Positions 31,950 through 44,165 of a stretch of 64,000 nt of DNA are shown in pieces. The DNA is from Squalus acanthias (taxonomy: Eukaryota), in assembly GCA_030390025.1 (NCBI GenBank), contig CM059441.1:63736001-63800000 (forward strand), written 5' to 3'. A model generated the notes under the pieces. It ran no database searches. It was not told where the DNA came from and saw only the letters and a list, made by a program, of their open reading frames with translations. How positions within the stretch are numbered: the stretch's first letter is position 1; every line of letters starts with the position of its first letter. The translations under genes were made by a program, and so were the position numbers.

Positions 31950-34900
31950 TAGTCTTGAGGGGCTGAATAGGCCTCCTCCTCGTCCTATATAAAAGGCTCG
32001 AGCGGCTGAATGACCTCACACTCTTCCTATGTTACAGGCTCAAGGCACTGAGTGGCCTCCTCCTGTTCCTTTTTAACAGTCTCGAAGGGGCTGGATGGGC
32101 CTCCTCCTGTTCCTATGCAACAGGCTCGATGGGCTGAATGCCCTTCTTCTGTTCCAATATAAAAGGCTCGAGTTGGCTGACTGACCTCCTCCTGATCTTA
32201 TGCAACCGGCTCGAGGGACTGAACAACCGCCTCCTGTTCCTATGTTGCAGGCTTGAGGAGCTGAATGGTCCTCCTTCTGTTCTTATGCAACAGGTTCAAG
32301 AGGGCTGAATGACCTTCTCCTGTTTCTATGTAATGGGTTCGAGGGGCTGAATTGACCTACTCCTCTTCCTATATAACTGGCTCGATGGGCTGAATACCCT
32401 CCTCCTGTTCCTATACAACTGGCTCGATGGGCTGAATACCCTCCTCCTGTTCCGATGTAAAAGGCGCAAGGGGACTGAATGGCCTCCCCCTGTTTCTATT
32501 TAACTAGCTCGAGGAACTGAATGGGCTTAACTCCTGATCCTATGGAACTGGATCAAGGGACTGAATGGCCTCCTCCTATTCATTTGTAACAGCCTCGTGG
32601 GGCTGAAGGGGTCTCCTCCTGTTCTTATGCAGCAGGCTCGAGGTGGCTGAATGGCCTCCTCCTGTTCCTATGTAACAGGCTCGAGGTGGCTGAATGGCCT
32701 CCTCCTGTTTCTATGTAACGGGGTTGAGGGGCTGAATGGCCTCCTCCTGTTTCTATGTAATGGGGTTGAGGGGCTGAATGGCCTCCTCCTGTTTCTATGT
32801 AATGGGGTTGAGGGGCTGAATGGCCTCCTCCTGTTCCTATGTAACCGGCTCGAGGCGGCTGAACGGTCTCCTCCTGTTTCTATGTAACGGGGTTGAGGGG
32901 CTGAATGGACCTACTCCTGTACCTATGCAACATGCTTGAGATGCTTAATGGGCCAACTCCTGTTCATATACAACAGGCTCGATGGGCTGAATGCCCTCCT
33001 CCTGTTCCGATCTAAAAGGCTCGAGGGGCTGAATGGCCTCCTCCTGTTCCTATGTAACAGGCTCGAGGGGCTGAATGGCCTCCTCCTGTTCCTATGTAAC
33101 GGGGTTGAGGGGCTGAATGGCTTCCTCCTGTTTCTATGTAACGGGGTTGAGGGGCTGAATGGAGCTACTCCTGTACCTATGCAACATGCTTAAGATGCTT
33201 AATGGGCCAACTCCTGTTCATATACAACAGGCTCAATGGTCTGAATGCCCTCCTCCTGTTCCTTTGTAACAGACTCAAGGGGCTGAATGGCCTCCTCCTG
33301 TTCCTATGTAACAGGCTCGAGGGGTTGAATGGCCTCCTCCTGTTCCTATGTAACAGCCTCAAGGGGCTGAATGGCCTCCTCCTGTTCCTATGTAACAGCC
33401 TCAAGGGGCTGAATGGCCTCCTCCTGTTCCTATGTAACAGACTCAAGGGGCTGAATGTGGCACCTCCTGGTCTTATGCAACAGGCTGGAAGTTCTGATTC
33501 ACCTCCTCCTGTTCCTATGTAATAAGCTTGAGGGGCTGAATGGCCTCCTCCTGTTGCTATGCAACAGGCTCGCGGGTGAATTGGCCTCCTCCAGTTCCTA
33601 TGTAACAAGCTCAAGGGGCTGAATGGCCTTCTCCTGTTCCTATGTAACAGGCTCAAGATGGTGAATGGCCTCCTCCTTTTCATCTGTAGCAGACTCAAGG
33701 GGGCGGAAAGGGCCTCCTCCTGTTCCTATGTAACATCCTCGAGGGGGCTGAGCGGTCCTCCTCCAGATCCTATGCAACAGGCTCGAGGGGCTGAACGGCC
33801 TCCTCCTGTTCCTATGTAGCAGACTCAAGGGGCTAAATGACCTTTTTGTTCCTATTAAACAGATTCGAGGGGCTGAATGCCTAATCATGTTCCTTTGCAA
33901 CATTCTTGAGATGCTTATTGGGCCTCCTCTTGTTCCTTTGTAATAGTTTCGAGTTGCTGAATGGTCTCCTGTTCCTATGTAACAGGCTTGAGAGGCTGTA
34001 TGTGGCCTCCTCCTCTTCCTTTGTAACATTCTCGAGGGGTTGAATTGGCCTCCTCCTGTACATATGCAACAGGCCCAAAGGGCTGAATGGCCTGTGTAAC
34101 ATGCTCAATTGCATAAATGGCCACCTCCTGTTCCTATGTAAAAGGCTCAAGGGGCTGAATGGCCTCCTCCTGTTCTTCTGTAACAGTCTCAAGGGGCTGA
34201 ATTGCCTTTTCCTGTTCTTATGCAACAGCCTCGAGGGGCTGAATGGCCTCCTCCTGTTCCTATGCAACAGGTTTGGGTGTCTGAATGGCCTCTTCTTTTT
34301 CCTATGTAGTAAGTTCAAGGGGTTAAATGGCCTCCTCCTGTTCCTATGCAACAGGTTCGAAGGGCTGAATGGGCCTGCTCCAGTTCCTATGCAGTAGGCT
34401 CAAGAGGCTGAATGACATCCTGTTCCTATGTAACACGCTCAAGATGGCTGAATGGCCTCCTCCTGTTTCTACGTAACGTGCTTGAGGGGCTGAAAGGCCT
34501 CCTCCTGTTCCTATGCAACAGGTCCAAAGGGCTGAATGGCCTACTCCTGTTCCATGTAACAGGCTCGATGGGCCTGAATGGCCTCCTCTTGTTCCTATGT
34601 AACAGGTCCAAAGGGCTGAATCGGTGTCTCCCTGTTCCTATGTAACAGGTTTGAGGGGCTGAATCACCTAATCATGTAGGCTCGAGCTCTGAATGGCTTC
34701 CTCTTGTTCCTTTGTAACTAGCTCAAGGGGCTGAATGGCCTAAACATGTTCCTATACAACAGGCTCGAGGGGCTGAATGGCCTCCTCCTGTTCCTTTGTA
34801 ACAGTTTCAAGATGTTTATTGGGCTTACTCCTGTTCCTATACAACTGGCTCGAGAGGCTTAATGGCCTCCTCCTGTTCTTATGCAACAGGCTCAAGGGCC

Positions 34901-35475
34901 TGAATGGCATCCTCCTGTGCCTTTGTAACAGTCTTGAGGGGCTGAATGGCCTCCTCCTGTTCCTGTGTAACAGGTTCGAGGGGCTGAATGGGCCTTCTCC
35001 TGTTCCTATGTAACAGGCTCAAGGGGCTGAATGACCTTCTGTTCCTATGCAACAGGCTCAAGATGCCTATTGGGCCTACTCCAGTTCCTATACAACTGGC
35101 TCGAGAGGCTTAATGGCCTCCTCCTGCTCCTATGTAACAGTCTCGAAGGGCTGAATGACCTAATCATGTTCCTATGTAACAGGCTCGAGGGGGCTGAGTG
35201 GGCCTACTCCTGTTCCTATGCACCTGGCTCTCGGGGCTGAATGGCCTCCTCCTATCCCTTTGTAACAACCTCAACAGGCTGGATGGGCCTCCTCCTTTTA
35301 CTAATAACTGGCTCGAGGAGGCTGAATGGCTGCCTCCTGTTTCAATGTAACTGGCTCGAGGGGCTGAAAGAGCCTACTGCTGTTCCTTTGCAACAGGCTC
35401 GAGATGCTTATTTGGCCTACTCCTGTTCCTGTACAACTGGCTCAAGAGGCTGAATGGGCCTCCTCCTGTTCCTAA
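31950..35475 (+). repeat. About 3.5-kb tandem array of a 42-bp unit derived from the CR1 3' terminus
   Basis: Unit aggctcgaggggctgaatggcctcctcctgttcctatgtaac (14-aa periodicity LEGLNGLLLFLCNR); compare the CR1 end at 47186-47230 aggctcgaagggccggatggcctactcctgctcctatc. Confidence 0.93.
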
Positions 35476-35477
35476 GT

Positions 35478-35925
35478 AAAGAAAGACTTGCATTCATATA
35501 GAACCTTTTACGACCACCGGACGTCCCAAAGCGCTTTACAGCCAATTAAGAACTTTTTGAAGTACTGTTGTAATGTAGGAAACGTGGCAGCCAATTTACA
35601 CACAGCAAGCTCCCACAAACAGCAATGTGATAATGACCAGCTATCTGTTTTAGTGATGTTGATTGAGGGATAAATACTGGCCCGGACAACGGGGATAACT
35701 TCCCTGCTGTTCATTGAAATAGTGCCATAGGATCTTTTACCTCCACCTCAGAGAGCATACGAGGCCTCAGTTTAACGTCTTAATGCAGACAGCACCTTTG
35801 ACTGTACAGCACTCACTCAGTACTGCACTGGAGTGTCAGCCTGGATTTTTGTGCTCAAGTCCCTGGAGTGAGACTCGACCCCACAACCTTCTGATTCAGA
35901 GGTGAGGGTGCTACCAACTGAGGCA
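35478..35925 (-). mobile_element. Full-length Deu-domain SINE
   Basis: aaagacttgcattcatatag tail through ctaccaactgag head; one more 42-bp unit follows at about 35930-35972. Confidence 0.85.
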
Positions 35926-36304
35926 GGGCTGGAACAGGCTCGAGGGTCGAAGTGGCTTCCTCCTGTTCCTATGAGGCAACTAAAGTGCAGACAAAAGCCA
36001 GAAATATGTGAGGAACTCAAGTTTGCAGGATGTTCAATGCAGAAATAGACAACGTAAACCCACAGATCTCAACAACAGGTGAAACAATAACAGCCCGTGT
36101 GATGAGGTCACTGTGCTCATTTCACAGATTGTAAAATTCCTCTCCTCCGTTTTACACCCTTGCCTCCAACCAGTGAGGCTCCTTGTCTCTGGTGGAACCT
36201 CCAAACATTTGCCTCCCAGTGCACTTCCAGATTACTTATGTGCAAGTGGCCAGATCGGGAGTAAAGCTCTTACTATTCTGCTTCAGGAATGTTCCTTAAC
36301 CTCA

Positions 36305-36585
36305 CCCAACCGAGAAGGACAAGGCAGCAGGCGCATGGGAAGACCATCACCTCCAAGTTCCCCTCCGAGTTGCACACACACCATCCCAACTTGGTGATAT
36401 ACCAGCCGTTCCTTCATCGCTGGGTCAAAATCCCGGAACTCCCTACCTAACGGCTCTATGGGAGCACCTTCCCCACACGGACTGCAGCGGTTCAAGAAGA
36501 AGGCCCACCAGCACCACCTTCTCAACTAGGGATGGGCAATAAATGCCGGCCTTGCCAGCGATGTCCACATCCCGAGAATGAATTG
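36305..36585 (+). mobile_element. LINE family B 3' tail
   Basis: agaaggacaaggcagcaggcgcatggg...ggcaataaatgccggccttgccagcg. Confidence 0.78.
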
Positions 36586-37332
36586 AAGAAAAATCCAGGA
36601 AGAGCAATCTTGTCTTGTGCCAACCCAATTGTATTGGCGTCACAGTCAATCTTTGTGACCTCTCGGAGGCAAGTCGCCAATTGCTGCCACTCGATGCCCA
36701 AATGGGGGTTGTTGTGTATGGATTTAATGTCATCAGTAACCTCGTGGATAGAAATTCTGCTGCACCAGTCCTGGTGCACTCCAGGAGTGCTCTGTTTCCA
36801 ATGTCACGCACACGTAGCAAACAGAGAAGGTTCTCCCCTGAGCCTTATTCTCAACTCGATTGGACATGTATCCATTCCCGTGATATTCTGCTGTAATAGC
36901 CACCCTGTTTCTGTGTACATCTTAGTTACATTAGTATTCTCCTGCTCTTAAGGCAGTGACTGATACTTGGGTCAGTTCCACAGGTGCAGCAGCGCATGAT
37001 GCCTAAACCAGGTAGCCATTCTGCACGTGTCAGTGGACAAATGGGCTGTTTGACCATGGAGGGCAGCACGCCCGAATCCAAATCTGTCTTCACTCAATCC
37101 GAGCTTAACAGACGGAGTCAATGGTTACAGATTAAGAGCGGGAGGGTTACTTAATTCTCACTCCTTGACCCAAGCACCTGGTTGAGATCTTTTAACCTAA
37201 CACAGACCAGAACCAGGATCTAGGACCATGGCCTCTGTATTCTGTGTCATACAACATGGTTCCACCCAACCAATGAGCCATCAGGGGTGGCTGCTAATTG
37301 TACTTTCAAAGACTGAAATACTAAAATAGTTG

Positions 37333-37338
37333 TTTATT
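37333..37338 (-). promoter_or_regulatory. Candidate polyadenylation signal for gene B
   Basis: AATAAA on the - strand about 820 bp past the stop at 38161, in non-repetitive sequence. Confidence 0.35.
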
Positions 37339-38160
37339 GTAGCTGTAGTTCATTATGTAATCAAAGCTGTTTCATTCATCTATGACATATCAAAAAATCT
37401 TACATCTGCAAGCAACTTTTCCCATCATAATTTCCTCCATCCATATTTACAATGGGAACTGCCGATGCAAGCATGTTATGCTGTAATTACACCCTCCCAG
37501 CAGTGGTGTCGCTGTAGCGCCTCTGTTTCACGTCACCCCGTTCCTCAGTCTGTGCTGCAGAGAATCTCCCAATTCTCCAACTCTGTTTCCCTGCTTCCCA
37601 GATTGCTGTTAGTTTTGCTGTTTAACTATGAATGATAATATAAAATCAAAGTATTACATGAAAATAAGTGGAAGAATGCATGACTGTAAAATAGCGAGTA
37701 AATTATACTGATCTGCCCTGGTCCAATAATCCTCTAACCCTGCTTCCCCTGGAGTCTACACTTGGTTAGGACCATGCTGTAAATATTCACAGACAAGAGA
37801 GTTAATCACAAAATTAAAATTGCCTCAAACACACACACACGGGATTGAATCCACCACTATCCTGGTGGATTGTCTATCAATACCTAAAGACATTTATAAT
37901 CACAATGGAGAGAAGGATGACTCCAACAGTGAGGGGCAATCCTGAAGGAGGGCATACGCAATTAAACCCAGTGAGAATGATCTGGGCTGTATCATCATTC
38001 AACTTTGTGAGATAACATCAGCTCTACAAAACTGCATCAGATTAGAACTTTTTTTTGTGTGGTGAAGTCCTGCGGTTTCTGGGGAGGTGATGTGGAGTTT
38101 CGAATTGATTCTCTTCTTCTGTGCTGTTCCCAGAGTGCGTGTTTTTCATTCTTGTTCAGA

Positions 38161-38277
38161 TTATACATTCCCATATACAGAACTTTCGTCAATCGTACAG
38201 TTTTCGTAAAAATCATGATCTTGATATTGATTGATGCGGCGATTAGATTTGATTTCCAGGTCCTCCTCCTCTTTCTT
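38161..38277 (-). CDS. Gene B terminal coding exon (cytoplasmic tail with Tyr motifs)
   Basis: Polypyrimidine tract ttccttttctattacag|AAGAAA; phase-0 reading KKEEEDLEIKSNRRINQYQDHDFYENCTIDESSVYGNV*; missing from the ORF track (under 60 aa). Confidence 0.72.
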   Translation of the reverse strand, partial: KKEEEDLEIKSNRRINQYQDHDFYENCTIDESSVYGNV

Positions 38278-38375
38278 CTGTAATAGAAAAGGAAATGAGC
38301 AGAGTGACAATCAGCATGATCTGCATTTGGTATCTTCGAATCCAATTAGGAAATTCCACCCGCAATTGCAACCAA

Positions 38376-38759
38376 TGATTATTGATGGTGAACAGTGTTG
38401 GGTTTGATTATTGATACTGAACTGTGTTGGGTTTGATTATTGATATTGAACAGTGTTGGGTTTGATTATTGATATTGAACAGTGTTGGCTTTGATTATTG
38501 ATAGTGAACAGTGTTGGGTTTGATTATTGATAGTGAACAGTGTTGGGTTTGATTATTGATAGTGAACAGTGTTGGGTTTGATTATTGATATTGAACAGTG
38601 TTGGGTTTGATTATTGATATTGAACAGTGTTGGGTCTGATTATTGATAGTGAACAGTGTTGGGTTTGATTATTGATAGTGAACAGTGTTGGGTTTGATTA
38701 TTGATAGTGAACAGTGTTGGGTTTGATTATTGATAGTGAACAGTGTTGGGTTTGATTAT
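38376..38759. repeat. 29-bp minisatellite (about 13 units)
   Basis: Unit gtgttgggtttgattattgatagtgaaca. Confidence 0.95.
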
Positions 38760-38769
38760 GTGATTTATC

Positions 38770-39120
38770 TGTGGTTTTAGCTCTCTCTCTCAACTCCGAA
38801 TCAGAATGTGGTGAATTCAGGTTCCACTCCAGAGGCTTGAACACAAAAGTCTAGGCTGCCACTCCCGTGTAGTACTGAGGGAGTGCTGCACTGTCGGATG
38901 GTGCCGTCTTTTGGATGAGACGTCTGCTCTCTCAGGTGGACGTAAAAGATCCTATGGCACTACATCGAAGAAGAGCAGGAGAGCTCTCCCCGTGTCCTGG
39001 GCCAATATTTATCCTACATCACAATCGTGACTACACTCCAAAAGCACTTCATTGGCTGTGAAGCGCTTTGGGATGTCCAAAGGTGGTGAAAGGAGCAGTG
39101 TATAAATGGGAGTTCTTTCT
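38770..39120 (+). mobile_element. Deu-domain SINE (internally deleted)
   Basis: gtactgagggagtgctgcactgtcgga..ggtgccgtcttttggatgagacg..gaagagcagg. Confidence 0.75.
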
Positions 39121-39184
39121 CTCGGTTTCTGATGGTACCAAGCAGTGTCAGGTTCGATTACGTGTGTTTAACGTGTTTGTGTTG

Positions 39185-41815
39185 TTTATCGGACTGGAGG
39201 AAGTTATACAGTCTACTAGGACCACTGCTTTTCTTCACATATATTAATGACTTAGACTTGGGAGTAAAGGGCACAATTTCAAAATTTGCAGATGACACAG
39301 AACTTTTAAGTATAGTGAACAGTGAGGAGGATAGTGATAGACTTCAAGAGGACATAGGCAGGCTGGTGAAATGGGCGGGCACGTGGCAGATGTAATTTGA
39401 CGCGGAAAAGTGTGAAGTGATACATTTTGGTAGAAAGAACAAGGAGAGGCAATATAAACTAAAGGGTAAATCCTAAAGGGGGTGCATAAACAGAGAGACC
39501 TGGGGGTATATGTGCACAAAGCGTTGAAGGTGGCAGGGCAGGTTGATAAAGCGGTTAAAAAAGCATTCGGGATCCTGGGCTTTATAAATAAGAACATAAG
39601 AACATAAGAAATAGGAGCAGGAGTAGGCCATTCAGCCCTTCGAGCCTGCTCCGCCATTCAATGAGATCATGGCTGATCTTCTGCCTCAACTCCATTTACC
39701 GGCCCTATCGCCATATCCCTTGATGCCCTTACCAGTCAGAAATAGAGGCATAGAGTACAAAAGCAAGGAAGTTATGATGAACCTTTATAAAACACTGGTT
39801 CGGCCTCAACTGGAGTATTGAAACATAGAAACATAGAAGATAGGAGCAGGAGTAGGCCATTCGGCCCCTCGAGCCTGTTCCGCCGTTTAATGACATCATG
39901 GCTGATCATCCAAATTCAGTACCCTGTCCCTGCTTTCTCCCCATATCCCTTGATCCCTTTAGCCTTAATAAATTTATATAACTCCTTCTTGAATATATTT
40001 AATGAATTGGCCTCAACTGCCTTGTGTGGTAGAGAATTCCACAGGTTCACCACTCTCTGGGTGAAGAAATTCCTCCTCATCTCAGTCCTAAATGGCTTAC
40101 CCCTTATCCTTAGACTGTGACCCCTGGTTCTGGACTCCCCCGCCATCGGGAACATCCTTCCTGCATCCTGTTAGAATTTTATCAGTTTCAATGAGATCCC
40201 CTCTCATTCTTCTAAACTCTAGCGAATATAAGCCTAATCGACCCAATCTCTCCTCATACGTCATTCCTGCCATCCCAGGTATCAGTCTGGTGAATCTTCC
40301 CTGCACTCTCTCCACGGCAAGAACATCCTTCCTCATATAAGGTGACCAAAACTGCACACAATACTCAAGGTGTGGTCTCACCAAGGCCCTGTACAACTGC
40401 AGCAAGACATCCTTGCTCCTGTACTCAAATCCTCTCACTATGAAGGCCAACATACCATTTGCCTTCTTAACCACCTGCTGCACCTGCATGCTTAACTTCA
40501 GTGACTGGTGCACAAGGACACCCAGGTCTCGTTGCACTTCCCCTTTTCCCAATCTATTGCCGTTCAGATAATAATCTGTCTTTCTGTTTTTGCCACCGAA
40601 GTGGATAGCCTCGCATTTATCCACATTATACTGCATTTGCCATGCATCTGCCCAATCACCCAACCTATCCAAATCATACTGGAGTTTCTCTGCATCCTCC
40701 TCACAGCACACACGCCCACCCAGCTTTGTGTTATCTGCAAAGTTGGAGATATTACATCTAGTTCCCTCGTTTAGATCATATATATATATTGTGAATAGCT
40801 GGGGTCCTAGCACCGATCCCTACGGTACCCCACTAGTCACTGCCTGCCACTCGGAAAAAGATCCGTTTATTCCAACTCTTTGCTTCCTGTCTGCCAACCA
40901 GTTCTCTATCCAAGACAGTACCTTACCCCCAATCCCGTGTGCTTTAACTTTGCACGCTAATCTCTTATGCGGGACCTTATCGAAAGCCTTCTGAAAGTCC
41001 AAATACACCACATCCACTGGTTCTCCCTTATCTATTCTACCAGTTACATCCTCAAAAAATTCCAGTAGATTAGTCAAGCATGATTTACCTTTTGTAAATC
41101 CATGTTGACTCTGTCCGATCCTGTCACTGTTTTCCAAGTGCTCTGCTATTACATCTTTTCTAATGGACTCTAGCATTTTCCCCACTACCGATGTCAGACT
41201 TACCAGTCTATAATTCCCCGTTTTCTTTCTACCACCTTTTTTAAGTAGTGGGGTTACATTAGCTATCTTCCAATCCATGTCCAATTCTGTGCACCGCACT
41301 TTAGGAAGGATGTGAAATCCTTCAAGAGGGTGCAGAAAAGATTTACGAGAATGATTCCAGGGATGAGGGACTTCAGTTATGTGGATAGACTGGAGAAGCT
41401 GGGGTTGCTCTCCTTAGAGCAGAGAAGGTTGAGAGGAGATTTGATAGAGATATTCAAACTCATGAGGAGTCTAGACAGAGTAGATAGAGAGAAACTGTTC
41501 CCATTGGCGGAAGGGTCAAGAACCAGAGGACACAGATTCAAGGTGATCGGCAAAAGAACCAAAGGCGACATGAAGTAAAACGTTTTGACGCAGCAAGTGG
41601 CTAGGATCTGGAATGCACTGCCTGAAAGGGTGGTGGAGGCAGATTCAATCATAGCTTTCAAAAGGGAATTGGATAAGTACCTAAAGGAAAAAGATTTGCA
41701 GGGCTACGGAGAAAGGGCGGGGGAGTGGGACTAGCCGAAGTGCTCTTGCAGAGAGCTGGCATGTATTTGACGGGCCGAATGGCCTCCTTCTGTGCTGTAA
41801 CCATTCTATGGTTGT
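39185..41815 (+). mobile_element. CR1 fragment hosting two - strand CR1 insertions (39590-39740 and 39820-41277)
   Basis: Host reads ...ISKFADD...ggagtattg|insert|tgtccaattc... and continues as ORF 41312-41578. Confidence 0.85.
39820..41277 (-). mobile_element. Young 5'-truncated CR1 (RT region)
   Basis: ORFs 40820-41299, 40097-40813, 39916-40155; gaaacata tail. Confidence 0.92.
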
Positions 41816-42232
41816 ATGATAATGTGTGATTTCTGATGCCGTATCTAGAGAGTTGGGATGGCGCCATACAATCGTACATCTTTCTTTGGCTGTAAAGTGC
41901 TTTGGGACGTCCTGAGGTGGTGAAAGGGTGGTGTATAAATGGGAGTTAGGGCCTTGTACTCTGTGTGTATGTGACCAAGGAATAACTGCAACGCTATGAA
42001 AAACAATAATCAGAATAAAACTGGACGGACCACCCGGCATCGACCTCGGCACCGACACGACAAAGGCACACCCAGCCCAGTTGACACTGCGAAGTCCTCC
42101 TCACTAACATCTGGGGACTGTGCCAAAATTGGGAGAGCTGTCCCACAGACTAGTCAAGCAACAGCCTGACATAGTCATACTCACAGAATCATACCTTTCA
42201 GCCAGCATCCCAGACTCCTCCATCACCATCCC

Positions 42233-42878
42233 ATAGAAACATAGAAGATAGGAGCAGGAGTAGGCCATTCGGCCCCTCGAGCCTGCTCCGCCATTCGATG
42301 AGATCATGGCTGATCATCCAAACTCAGTACCCTGTACCTGCCTTCTCCCATATCCCTTGATATCTTTAGCTTTAAGAAATATATCTAACTCATTCTTGAA
42401 TATATTTAATGACTTGGCCTCAACTACCTTCTGTGGTAGAGAATTCCACAGGTTCACCACTCGCTGGGTGAAGAAATTCTTCCTCATTTCTGTCCTAAAT
42501 GGCTTACCCCTTATCCTTAGATTATGACCCCTGGTTCTGGACTCTCCGACCATCGGGAACATTCTTCCTGCATCTAGTTTGTCCAGACCTGTCAGAATTT
42601 TATATGTTTCGATGAGATCCCCTCTCATTCTTCTATACTCCAGCGAGTATAAGCCCAATCGACCCAATCTCTCCTCATATGTCATTCCTGCCATCCCAGG
42701 TATCAGCCTTGTGAATCTTCGCTGAACTCCTTCCATGGCAAGAACATCCTTCCTCAGATAAGGTGACCAAAACTGCACACAGTACTCAAGGTGTGGTCTC
42801 ACCAAGGCCCTGTACAACTGCAGCAGGACATCCCTGTTCCGATACTCAAACCCTTTCGCTATGAAGGCCAACATACCA
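42233..42878 (-). mobile_element. Young 5'-truncated CR1
   Basis: Uninterrupted ORF 42314-42874; catagaaa tail. Confidence 0.92.
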
Positions 42879-44165
42879 CCGGCAGGTCAGACCCACCAGA
42901 GGTGGCAGCACAGTGGTATTAAGTTGGGAGGGAGTGGCCCTGGGAATACTCAACACTGACTCAGGACCCCATGAAGTCTCATGGCATCAGGTCAAACATG
43001 GGCAAGGAAACCTCCTGCTGATTACAACCTACCGCCCTCCCTCAGCTGATGAATCAGTACTCCTCCATGTTGAACACCACTTGGAAGAAGCACTGAGTGT
43101 AGCAAGGGTACAGAATGTACTCTGGGTGAGGGACTTCAATGTCCATTACCAAGAGTGGCTCGGTAACACCACTACTGACCGAGCTGGCCGAGTCCTGATG
43201 GACATAACTGCCAGTCTGGGTTGCGACAGGTGTTGAGAGAACCAACTCGAGGGAAAAACCTACTTGACCTCGTCCTCACCAATCTACCTATCGCAGATGC
43301 ATCTGTCCATGATAGTATTGGTAGGAGTGACCACAGCACAGTCCTCACACTGAGGAGACCCTCCATCATGTTGTGTGGCACTACCACCGTGCTAAATGGG
43401 ATAGATTCAGAACAGATCTAGGAGCTCAAAACTGGGTATCCATGAGATGCCGTGGACCATAAGCAGCAGCAGAACTATATTCCACCACAATCTGTAACCT
43501 CATGGCCTGGCATAACTCTTACTCTACCATTCCTATCAAGGCAGGGGACCAACCCTGGTTTAATAAGGAGTGTAGAAGAGCATGTCAGGAGCAGCACCAG
43601 GCATACCTAAAAATGAAGTGCCAAAATGGGGAAGCTGCACACAGGATTACATACATGCTAAACAGCAGAAACAGCATGCTATAGACAGAGCTAATCAATC
43701 CCACAACCAACAGATCATGTCAAAGCTCTGCAGTCCTGCCACATCCAGTCATGAAAGGTGGTGGACAATTAAGCAACTAATGGGAGGAGGAGGCTCCATG
43801 AAAATCCCCATCCTCAATGATGGTGGAGCCCAGCACGTGAGTGCAGAAGACAAGGCTGAAGCGTTCGCAGCCATCTTCAGCCAGAAGTGCCGAGTGGATG
43901 ATCCATCTCGACCTCCTCCTGAGATCCCGACCATCATAGAAGCCAGTCTTCAGCCAATTCGATTCATTCCACGTGATATCAAGAAACGGCTGAGTGCACT
44001 GGATACAGCAAAGTCTGTGGGCAACATCCCGGCTGCCGTGCTGAAGATTTGTGCTCCAGAACTAGCCGCGCCTCTAGCAAAGCTGTTTCAGTACAGCTAC
44101 AACACTGGGATCTACCCGACAATGTGGAAAACTGCCCAGGTATGTCCTGTCCACAAAAATCAGGG

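Noticed and set aside
32651-35453. Leucine-rich-repeat-like ORFs (LEGLNGLLLFLCNR)n
   Set aside because: Translation of the 42-bp CR1-derived satellite; frequent indels break the frame.
36590-36950. Possible RTE-type LINE C-terminal remnant or extra exon
   Set aside because: Only a faint resemblance (..DDIK..EWQQLA..), with no consistent frame or splice sites.
38376-38759. CRISPR-like array (29-bp, also the 33- and 42-bp repeats)
   Set aside because: Repeats are head-to-tail with no unique spacers, there are no cas genes, and the context is eukaryotic.
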